From an uncultured delta proteobacterium (GTDB lineage Bacteria > Desulfobacterota > Desulfobacteria > Desulfobacterales > QNYZ01), in contig CAWJQU010000002.1 in the NCBI GenBank assembly GCA_963845145.1, positions 224,001 through 288,000 on the forward strand: a DNA stretch of 64,000 nucleotides, written 5' to 3'. Below, in pieces: positions 12,195-20,172 of this stretch. Position numbers and translations under genes: made by a program. The first letter of the stretch is position 1; every line of letters begins with the position of its first letter. Under the pieces are notes generated by a model. That model did not search any database, was not told where the DNA came from, and was given only the letters and a program-made list of their open reading frames with translations.

Positions 12195-12500
12195 TCACTC
12201 GCACAATTTCTCGATTTCAGAATATGGCTTAAGCACACATTTTAAAAACGTTGCCTGTTCTTTTTCGGTATATTCCGCTCCGTATGCAACCATATTTTCG
12301 ATATTGCTCTGCCACCAGATTTGAGGCCGGTCTTTCACCAGATTACGACAAATTCGCTCGGTCGTGTGGCAATCCGTGCACTTTTTCGTTAGGAGGCTCA
12401 CGCACGGGGATTCATCAACGCTCAATCCGGGGAGAGGGTGTAAGATCACCATCCACAAAAGAAAAACGATAATAATGAAGGATATTTTTTTCAGAATCAT
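12195..12500 (-). CDS. Small exported monoheme c-type cytochrome (copy A)
   Basis: Almost identical to 10459-10764; CTDCH. Confidence 0.6.
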   Translation of the reverse strand: MILKKISFIIIVFLLWMVILHPLPGLSVDESPCVSLLTKKCTDCHTTERICRNLVKDRPQIWWQSNIENMVAYGAEYTEKEQATFLKCVLKPYSEIEKLCE

Positions 12501-12529
12501 TCCAACTTTCAAAATATTAGCCAGTATTT

Positions 12530-13026
12530 TATTATAATGTTGGGACAGAAAATGTATTGAGTATGATATGTTAAATTGTGTTTTTAAGTGTGTAAGATGT
12601 TTACTATCCCCAGTTGACGCCAAAGAAACGCGGGTCTTGAGCTAACTGCTGCGTCGCCGCCGCCGAAGCGCGGAAGAGCAAATTGTAGATAAGCTTTCGC
12701 CGCCCCAAGGTCAACAGCCGCAGTTCGGCTGGTAACGTAAACGTGAGCAAGAAGTAAGGGACAGGCAGTAACAATCCCTGTTGCCGTTCCAACCAATCCT
12801 GCCCCGCCTGATACTGACACTTGGGGCAATGACGATTCTGGCAGGAATGGTAGTTATATTGGGTCGTTTCACATGCCTGGCAAGTGTAGAGATGTCCGCC
12901 GCAAACAGCCGTGCGACAGTTGACCACATCTTGCATAACCCGACGGTGACTGGGAAGCAGTTGGTCTTGATGCGTTCGTTGATAAACCGGTCCAAACTGG
13001 CGCAAGATATGAGCCAGTTCTACCAT
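12530..13026 (-). pseudogene. IS91-family (Y2/HUH) transposase, N-terminal half
   Basis: MVELAHIL..., zinc-binding CRT...CQAC...YHSCQNRHCPKC, LLPVPYFLLTFTLP; degenerates at the expected HUH motif. Confidence 0.85.
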
Positions 13027-13898
13027 GGCGTCGGCTCCGCTTCCGGCGTCAGGTTAGCCATCAGTTGGTCAATGACCGCAACGGCCCTGGATTGGGCATC
13101 GCGGGTCAAGTGGGTGTAGATGGCCGTCGTCTTAGGGGAGCGATGGCCCAGATAACTCTGAATAACCCGCAAATTGACGCCTTCTTCCAGCAGGTGAGTG
13201 GCGTAAGAATGACGCAGCGTATGAACGGTCGCTTTTTTCTGGATACCGCTCTTGACCAAAGCCGCTTTGAAGGCACGCTGCACGCCGCTGGCATGTATGG
13301 GCTGTGTCGCCTGCGGGCAGCGCCGGGAGGGGAACAGCCAGCGGGGGTGACAGTGACTTTGCCATTGTTGGCGCAACAGAGTCAACGTGGCAGCCGGGAG
13401 GGGAACACAGCGGTCTTTGGCCCCTTTGCCTTGCCGGACATGAACCAGCAAACGGTCGCCGTCAATATCGGCCACTGGCAGCCGCACGCCTTCGCCCAAG
13501 CGCAAGCCACAGCTGTAAATGGTCGTCAGGCAAACCCGATAGTGGAACCGGCGTAGGCCACTCAACACCTGCCGTACCTCTTCCCGGCTCAGGACAACGG
13601 GCAGCTTTTGGCTTTTGGGCGGTCGTACCAGGTCGAAAGTCACCGATTCTCGCTGCAATGTACGCTCGTAGAAGAACTTGAGGCCGCAAATGGCGATGGT
13701 GCAGGCGCTGCGCGACGCCTTTTTCTCATTCTTGAGGTAGAGAAAATAGCAGCGCAGTTCCTCTTCGTCTATCTGGTCGGGGGGCTTGCTGTAATAAATG
13801 GCCAGTTGTCGCACAGCGCGCAGATAGGCATCTTGCGTTTTCTTGGCCAGGCCGCGCAGTTGCATGTCGGCCAACATGCGCTCTCTTAAGATGGTCAT
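13020..13898 (-). CDS. Tyrosine recombinase/integrase of the type coupled to IS91 transposases
   Basis: YSCGLR, GKGAKDR, HTLRHSYATHLLE, LGH, TTAIYTH; GGAGGT RBS; overlaps the transposase start. Confidence 0.9.
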   Translation of the reverse strand: MTILRERMLADMQLRGLAKKTQDAYLRAVRQLAIYYSKPPDQIDEEELRCYFLYLKNEKKASRSACTIAICGLKFFYERTLQRESVTFDLVRPPKSQKLPVVLSREEVRQVLSGLRRFHYRVCLTTIYSCGLRLGEGVRLPVADIDGDRLLVHVRQGKGAKDRCVPLPAATLTLLRQQWQSHCHPRWLFPSRRCPQATQPIHASGVQRAFKAALVKSGIQKKATVHTLRHSYATHLLEEGVNLRVIQSYLGHRSPKTTAIYTHLTRDAQSRAVAVIDQLMANLTPEAEPTPW

Positions 13899-13997
13899 GG
13901 TTATACCTCCTACAAACAAATGAAGCGGATAAAGTTTGTAGACAATATAACCTGAAGGAGGGAGAGACGTCAGTCGAGAGGGTTTCTGCGCGAAGCG

Positions 13998-14060
13998 CTT
14001 AAGTTGCTTAAGCTGCGCGCTCGTTTTCTTTGGCGCGTCAGCTTTAAGCGGTTGTTAGGG
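13998..14060 (-). other. attC-like integron recombination site 1
   Basis: Minus strand CCCTAAC-AACCG-CTTAAAGC-TGACGCGC...GCGCGCA-GCTTAAG: R''-like box, 5-nt spacer, 8-nt L'', 7-nt L', extrahelical bases; the R' end is degenerate. Confidence 0.65.
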
Positions 14061-14137
14061 CGGCGTTTTGGTTTATAGAACGGCCTTAAATTACCAAGAT
14101 TTTTCATGTTCGGCACAACGCAACTTTACATAAGCCG

Positions 14138-14222
14138 CCCTAACGAATAAGCGTTTCATGCGGCGCGTCAAACACAACCTTCAAAAACCAGCCCATCAGC
14201 CGCCGCATAAACGTTGTTGAAC
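14138..14222 (-). other. attC-like integron recombination site 2
   Basis: Minus strand GTTCAAC...GTTTATGCGGCG...CGCCGCATGAAAC...GTTAGGG: R boxes flanking an imperfect palindrome; spacer lengths deviate from canonical. Confidence 0.6.
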
Positions 14223-14474
14223 TAAGCCGGGGAACGCGGGATTGTTCCTTTGAGGATTAAGACATTCTCCAAACTGGCTTAACCCCGAACCGCGACCCAA
14301 TTCCAGGTACAGTATAGCCAGAAGCGCCAAAAACATGTCAATAGAAAAATCATCATCTGCAACCAAATGAATGAAACAAGGTCAAAGTAGACGTCAGTCA
14401 CAATACGAGCTACGGGGTAGCCAGACAACCCAAAACACCGACCAAACGGCCGTACCCACAAAAAAAGAAGCGCC

Positions 14475-15055
14475 TCAAACGACAGGCGGCCAACGACTGC
14501 GCGGCCGGATACGCTCACGACGAACCATCGGTAAACCGCAATCAGGACAGCGCACAACATGACGGGTACGTTGATGAAGTGCTTTCTTCGACCGTATCCG
14601 ACTGCCGCTGGCGAATGACGGCAATTGCCGACGAATGGACTGCAAACGACCGCGCAGACCCCGGCGCAAAAAAGCCATAAGTAGCGCACCTTGACAAAGC
14701 CCTTGGGCAAGACATGCTGCAAGAAACGGCGGATAAACTCCAATGGCTGTCACTGTACAAGAGCGCGGTTTGCCAGTCTCAGAAGCAAAGTAACGAAAAG
14801 AAACCTTGCCATTGCGCCAGCTTGAGGATGCGCCGGTTAGAAATAGCTACACGGAAGATGTAGGGAGCCAGATACTGCAAAGCGGCTTGGCCATCGCCGA
14901 CCGGTTTACAATGAACGACCCAGGATTGCCGCCAAACCGCTGCTGGAATCTGGTCAAAGAACGGCGTTTGTTGGAGCGCATCGCGGAACTTGGCGCGAAA
15001 CAAAACAGACAAAGCGCGCACAGGAAGCAGGAAGTTGTGACGAGACGCCAACGCC
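14475..15055 (-). pseudogene. IS91-family transposase, C-terminal half (frameshifted)
   Basis: LASRHNFLLPVRALS, WVVHCKPVG, YLAPYIFRVAISN (YxxxY), EFIRRFLQHVLPKGFVKVRY, CPDCG. Confidence 0.85.
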
Positions 15056-16659
15056 GACAGATCACACAGGCATTGATCCCGCCGACACCCATGTTAATTT
15101 TACCGGCCACGTCCCCTTTCGGCGTTTCCGGTTTATTACCGACCAGACACCCGTGGTAGGGGCGAATCTGGGGATGAATTTCGGTCTCGTCCATATTGAT
15201 CGGCAATAATTTCCCCTTGGCAAACCCCAAATGCTGGGCGGTCAGTTCCCAGCCGCCACACACCGACATGCCGTGCCCGAAGGACCCTTTTCGCGCCGTA
15301 AACCGGGTGGAATCGGGAAACACATCCAGTGCATTGGTAAGTTCCATCCAATCTCCGGGCGTGGCGGTGGCGTGCATATCCCAGGTGGCCACCTCTTCCG
15401 GTTGGACATGGGCCTCAGCCAAGGCTTGATGAATAGCTGTTGTGGGTCCTTCCTGGGAAGGGGTAATGATATGATCGGCATCAGAGGTCAACGCCACACT
15501 CAGAATTTCAAGGCCGAGAGGCGTAAAACCTTGGGCCATCAAATAATCCGCATCCCCAACGATCCAGACACACGACCCACCGGCCACATGGGTACCCCGC
15601 AATCCTGTAAACGGTTTGGATACGCGACCGTCGTGGGATAATACTCTTGCGCCGTAGAACGTCCCAACGCTCAAGGGGTGGGGTTTGGGATCGGTAGCGC
15701 CGATGACCACCGCTTTAGCCTGGTCGAGGTTAATCGCGTTCATGGCCAGTTTAAGGGCTGTTCCAAAACCGGAGCAAGCCGCCACTGGTGCCAAGGCAGG
15801 CCCCGTGATCCGGCCGATAATTGAAATTTGAGATGCGGGAATGTTGGCGATGTTCCACAGCAGTTTAGGATCCACGGCATTCCAGGGTTCTACGGGGCAG
15901 TCGAATCTTGTATTGAGTTTTCGTTTGGCCGCCATTTTACGACGAATAACATTTCGCTTACCATTTTCTATATCACCGGAGAGGCTTTCCGCCTCGATTT
16001 TTTGGAGTTGTTCAAGGTATTGCTGCAAACCATTAGATCGCGTTACCCAAAATTCAAACCATGCCTCATTGGCTATTTCTCGCGTCTCTTCATCCGGTGC
16101 CCCATCTTTCGGGATCTCACTATCTGAGCTATTGCTTTGAGGATCCGGTGGGGCTTGGCATGCCGAGATAATCGCTTTTTTTTCATCCAGCGGCGCTTTT
16201 CGATAGGCTGCCAATTCACTGTGATACTTATCCTGGCACCAGAACCGATTCCAACGTTTTTGAGCCAAGTGATAGCGCCGCATGACATCATATTGCGTGG
16301 TAAGATCGCCCAATCCGGTGGCCACATAAACATGGGCCTGGGTTCCCAGCTTCTGTAGTTCGTCGCCAATCCCAGGGTTCTGTCCCAAAGCCTGAATGAA
16401 GGCACCGATAGCGAATTTGGCGTTATCACCCATTTTTTCATCGATTTGCGAAAATTTTCGCGGCTCGAAATGGGTATCGATCCAGGGTTTATATGCATCA
16501 AAGTCAAATTCGGGCGTGCCCACGAGAAAATGGCTGGGACCAAAACCGTCAAATGGTCCCAACCAGCTTTTGGCCTTGTTCCAGATTTTTCTCAAAATGT
16601 TTAATATCAGGGGACTTGGGTGCCACGACCCCCCATCCGAAGATACCGATTCGTTTCAT
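15046..16659 (-). CDS. Beta-ketoacyl synthase (FabF/KAS II-like) with a large internal insertion; frameshift near the 5' end; 3' end fused to the IS91 fragment
   Basis: True start MKRIGIFGWGVVAP at 16659; AACSGFG (Cys), DMHATAT (His), KGSFGHG (His), NMGVGGINAC. Confidence 0.8.
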
Positions 16660-16858
16660 TATGTAAGGCTTTCTATGGTCATTACGATCGACAATGGGTT
16701 TAATTCCCGGGGTTCAAAAGCACAAAGCAATATCGACCGGTGATACCGTTGTCAACCGCCGTTTTAAGGTTATGTTGGTTGTGGTCGCCGTCTTATGGCA
16801 ACCCACTCTTTATTTTGTATTAGTGAAAAACACAAACAACCGTTTAATTCATTCAGAT

Positions 16859-17000
16859 GAGCCATTTTAAAAACGTTTCAGTTTGGTCAAGGTCAAGGTT
16901 GGCGAAAATTTTAACCACAGGAATACATTGGGTATTTCGAGGATTAAAATTTGAGCCAGACGCAGAGATTGGGCAAACTGGACCGTTTTAAAATTGGATC
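16859..17000. repeat. Palindromic REP/MITE-like intergenic element
   Basis: 16859-16890 pairs imperfectly with 16969-17000; inner arms AAAATTTTAACC..GAATAC / GTATTTC..TTAAAATTT. Confidence 0.6.
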
Positions 17001-17090
17001 AAATGTCTTCCTCAGAGCCAACCCTGGCCGTCAAAAATCAGATCATCAAAAAACAGTTGACACTCAATGAAAAAAGTCAAATCTTATCTC

Positions 17091-17243
17091 TGATGGCGTC
17101 GTAAAAAGTCTCATCTACGGCGTTGTTGTCGTTTTCCAGACTCTCAACATACTACATGTATAGTTTCGATCCTGTAAAACCACAACGCCTTGTATATGAG
17201 CCTTTTAACTTAGCCATCCGTGCTACTTTTTACGAGTGCATCA
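17091..17243. repeat. MITE-like element with 19-bp imperfect terminal inverted repeats
   Basis: TGATGGCGTCGTAAAAAGT ... ACTTTTTACGAGTGCATCA; internal GGCGTTG/CAACGCC arms. Confidence 0.6.
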
Positions 17244-17304
17244 TTTCTAACTTATTTTATACTTCGGATTCAATGCCACAAACGATCGCTTTGGAGAAAA
17301 GAAA

Positions 17305-18309
17305 ATGGCCCAAACCCAATGGCACCCAGGACGCCTGCTGGAAACCTCCGGTTCTTATTGGCGGTCCTGTACCCTGCATGCCGGCGTAAAACTCGATATT
17401 TTTACCTGTGTCGGCGATGAGAATAAATCGGCCGCGATAGTGGCCAAAGAGTTGAATACCAATGCCGACGCAACCGCCCGTCTCCTCGACGCTTTGAGTG
17501 CCATGGGGCTTTTGTCCAAACAGGCTGAAAAATACGGCAATACCCGGATCGGCCGGACCTTTCTGTCCAAAGATTCCGACCAGTATCTTGGCCACATGAT
17601 TCTGCACCACCACCACCTGGTGGAATCATGGAGCCGCCTGGATGAAGCGGTTACCAGTGGAAAACCGATTTCGGATCAAAAGCCGATCGACGAAGAGACG
17701 CGGCGGGAACACTTTCTCATGGGCATGTTTAACAACGCTTCACAAATGGCACCCGGCCTGGTAAAGGCATTTGAGTTGTCAAACCGGGCCCATCTTCTCG
17801 ATCTCGGCGGCGGACCGGGAACCTATGCCATTCACTTTTGCCTGGCGAACCCGGATCTCAAGGCCACGGTATTCGATTTACCCACTACCCGGCCTTTCGC
17901 CGAAAAGACCATCGCCCGGTTTGGTCTCGCGGACCGAATCGATTTTACGGATGGAAATTACATCGAAGAGGACATCCCCGGTCACTACGATGTGGTCTGG
18001 ATGTCGCACATCATTCATTCCGAAGGGGCTGAAACAGCAGAAAAAATCATTAAAAAAGCGGCGGACATCCTCGAACCTGGGGGAATGATCATGATCCACG
18101 ATTTTTTCCTGAACGACCCCAGCGACCCCATAGACGGCCCCCTGTTTCCGGCCTTATTTTCTTTGAACATGCTCGTGCGTACCAAGGCCGGCCGGTCGTA
18201 TTCGCAAAACGAAATCACGACCATGCTGCGCAAAGCAGGGTTTGGGCGAATTCAAAGACATGATTATACAGGGCCGACGGAATCCGGCGTGATAACGGCC
18301 ATACGTTGA
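17305..18309 (+). CDS. SAM-dependent O-methyltransferase (dimerisation + Methyltransf_2 type)
   Basis: LLDLGGGPG, VFDLP, SHIIH, FSLNML. Confidence 0.85.
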   Translation: MAQTQWHPGRLLETSGSYWRSCTLHAGVKLDIFTCVGDENKSAAIVAKELNTNADATARLLDALSAMGLLSKQAEKYGNTRIGRTFLSKDSDQYLGHMILHHHHLVESWSRLDEAVTSGKPISDQKPIDEETRREHFLMGMFNNASQMAPGLVKAFELSNRAHLLDLGGGPGTYAIHFCLANPDLKATVFDLPTTRPFAEKTIARFGLADRIDFTDGNYIEEDIPGHYDVVWMSHIIHSEGAETAEKIIKKAADILEPGGMIMIHDFFLNDPSDPIDGPLFPALFSLNMLVRTKAGRSYSQNEITTMLRKAGFGRIQRHDYTGPTESGVITAIR

Positions 18310-18360
18310 AATCCCCATAATCACTACCAGCGACACGCACACCTCCGACCCGAGCGACGA

Positions 18361-19134
18361 TCAATTTTTGAGGCCTGAATGGCGCACCAACTCCGCCACA
18401 AAGCTTCCCACGATAACTTTACTGGTGAGTTTGACCGGCAGGCGTCGATGATCGGCGGTCACCCAGAGCCGGACCTTGGCGTCTTTGGTTTTTCTAAACA
18501 CCCCACCCACATGCTTTAATTCCGGTACAACGACCCAGGTATCGTAGGTCTCGCCATCGATGCGAATTTTTTCCCGATCAACAACCTGCCCACGGCCGGA
18601 AACACATTTTTTCCCATCGCACACGGGATAAATAATGACGCTCTCCTTTTGGAGGGTCAGGGTTCGAAAATAAAATGCCGCCGACAACGGATCGAATGCC
18701 CCAGGCATCAATTTGGCCGATCGGGATTTTCCCTTTAGGAAATCATAATAACGGACACGATTCGCACCCCAGTCAAAAGTCACGACCACATTGCGACGAT
18801 GCCGCCCCTCGTTTTGCCGTTTTTTGTATAGCAGCGAATGGGTTACGAAAAGATCCGTCCAACCGTCGATTTGGCTGCGCACCTTGTAAATTGAATCGAC
18901 AAATTTGTTGCTTTTAACCTTGAGGGTAAAGTGTTGGGCCGGCTTTCCATCGAGAATTTCCGTTTTCAACACTTTTAATACGGCAGTTGCCCCCGGAATA
19001 AAACTCCATTTGATTCGGTAAACCAGCTCTTCTCCGGGTTGAAAAGGCAAATCCTGGGATAACGCAGGCACCCCTGTAAAGCCAAGGCATAGGCCAAGTG
19101 CTGCAATTAGAAACCATTTGGAAAAACGGATCAT
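18361..19134 (-). CDS. DUF3108-family exported protein
   Basis: Signal peptide, PFQPGEELVYRIKW, FDPLSA, LWVTADHRRLPVK. Confidence 0.75.
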   Translation of the reverse strand: MIRFSKWFLIAALGLCLGFTGVPALSQDLPFQPGEELVYRIKWSFIPGATAVLKVLKTEILDGKPAQHFTLKVKSNKFVDSIYKVRSQIDGWTDLFVTHSLLYKKRQNEGRHRRNVVVTFDWGANRVRYYDFLKGKSRSAKLMPGAFDPLSAAFYFRTLTLQKESVIIYPVCDGKKCVSGRGQVVDREKIRIDGETYDTWVVVPELKHVGGVFRKTKDAKVRLWVTADHRRLPVKLTSKVIVGSFVAELVRHSGLKN

Positions 19135-19262
19135 TTAGAGACCAAAGGTAGGCGCAAAATCCGGAAAAAAACCATAAAACCGTCGGCCTGATATTGGGAA
19201 GCAGGCGGTTGAGTCGCCGACAATGGCGTGGTTCCGCTAATTGAACCGGTTCATTCGAGCCA

Positions 19263-19799
19263 TTACATTGAGCTGCCGTATATGGTTTTAAGATGAACCG
19301 AATCGAACACATCGTCGCAAACCAGCCAGCGTCCATCCTCTTTGACCATCGACAAGGTTTTCTCCACCGGATAGGTATCGCCGAGGAAAAACAGACGGGC
19401 AATAAAAGTAAAAACCGGATGAATACATCGCTTGCGGGTACCGGTAACATGTATAACCGCCGAATCCTCGGTTTGGCTCACTGTCTTCACATGCAGCGAC
19501 ATCATCTGGCTACGCATATAATTGAGATTATGGCCTAAAACCTGGGCTTCATTAGTGACATGATCTAAAAATTGGGCAACCGGATCCGAGGTGCCATCTT
19601 CTTTGAGGTCATTGCACACCATACTACCCATGGATGCATCAAGACCATAATAGGCTTTGATAAATTTTTCGGCTGTTCGAGGGGCGGTTGATTGGCAATC
19701 CGCCAACATGAAAACAGACTGAATACCGACAAACAGAACGATCAGCGCCACCCAAGGCAGGAATTTACTTCCCGATCCCATGTTTTCCTCCCCATCCAA
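19263..19799 (-). CDS. Hypothetical membrane-anchored protein
   Basis: 178-aa ORF with an N-terminal hydrophobic helix and a VKEDGRWLVC C-terminal strand. Confidence 0.55.
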   Translation of the reverse strand: MDGEENMGSGSKFLPWVALIVLFVGIQSVFMLADCQSTAPRTAEKFIKAYYGLDASMGSMVCNDLKEDGTSDPVAQFLDHVTNEAQVLGHNLNYMRSQMMSLHVKTVSQTEDSAVIHVTGTRKRCIHPVFTFIARLFFLGDTYPVEKTLSMVKEDGRWLVCDDVFDSVHLKTIYGSSM

Positions 19800-20172
19800 T
19801 ATCTTAATTAAAAAATCTTAATCGAAATCTTCAAATGTTTCTATTTCTGCAAAATATGACAGCGACCTAATATCACTGAAACGGTTCCAGTGCAAGCCTC
19901 CCGTTCAGCTGCTTGTTCGAAGAAGGTTGCGTTTTTAGGCCGGGCTCAGTATAAGTTTACCGGTTACGGATACGCTTTTGCCAGGAAAAAACCAAATACA
20001 ATATTTTTTTAACCATTTGTATTTATTTTATTTTTTTTAATTATAACATAATCACGGGGAACTTCCATCGGAACAAAGATGCCTTTTTTGGAAAGCCTTA
20101 AACGGCCCCCATACCGACAAACCATCTGACCTCCTAAAATGGCTTGTGTGCGAATAAAACAAGGGAGGATAC

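Larger units (their letters stand above)
9050..12527. repeat. Direct tandem duplication with a unit of about 1.74 kb (cytochrome-PqqD-rSAM): about 9050-10791 and 10792-12527
   Basis: Shared sequence ends at ...AAATATTAGCCAGTAT at 10791 and 12527 (offset 1736). Confidence 0.85.
12530..15055 (-). mobile_element. IS91-family element with upstream tyrosine recombinase, circularly permuted (or two abutting partial copies)
   Basis: GC-rich block; on the minus strand the order is Tnp C-half, attC-like region, recombinase, Tnp N-half. Confidence 0.8.

Noticed and set aside
7140..12527. PQQ biosynthesis or classical lasso-peptide cluster
   Set aside because: No pqqB/pqqC or ExxxY PqqA, and no asparagine-synthetase-like cyclase or transglutaminase-like B2 protease in the window
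12501..12623. N-terminal extension of cytochrome copy A (142-aa ORF)
   Set aside because: Mostly absent from copy B and derived from the degraded transposase end
13020..13898. Integron integrase IntI
   Set aside because: Lacks the IntI-specific insertion before the WLFP patch and is translationally coupled to an IS91 transposase
14847..15045. C-terminal extension of the ketosynthase ORF
   Set aside because: It is out-of-frame read-through into the IS91 transposase fragment
20143..20163. Rex operator upstream of tmcD
   Set aside because: CTTGT...ACAAG arms are present but spacing and core fit TTGTGAA-N4-TTCACAA poorly
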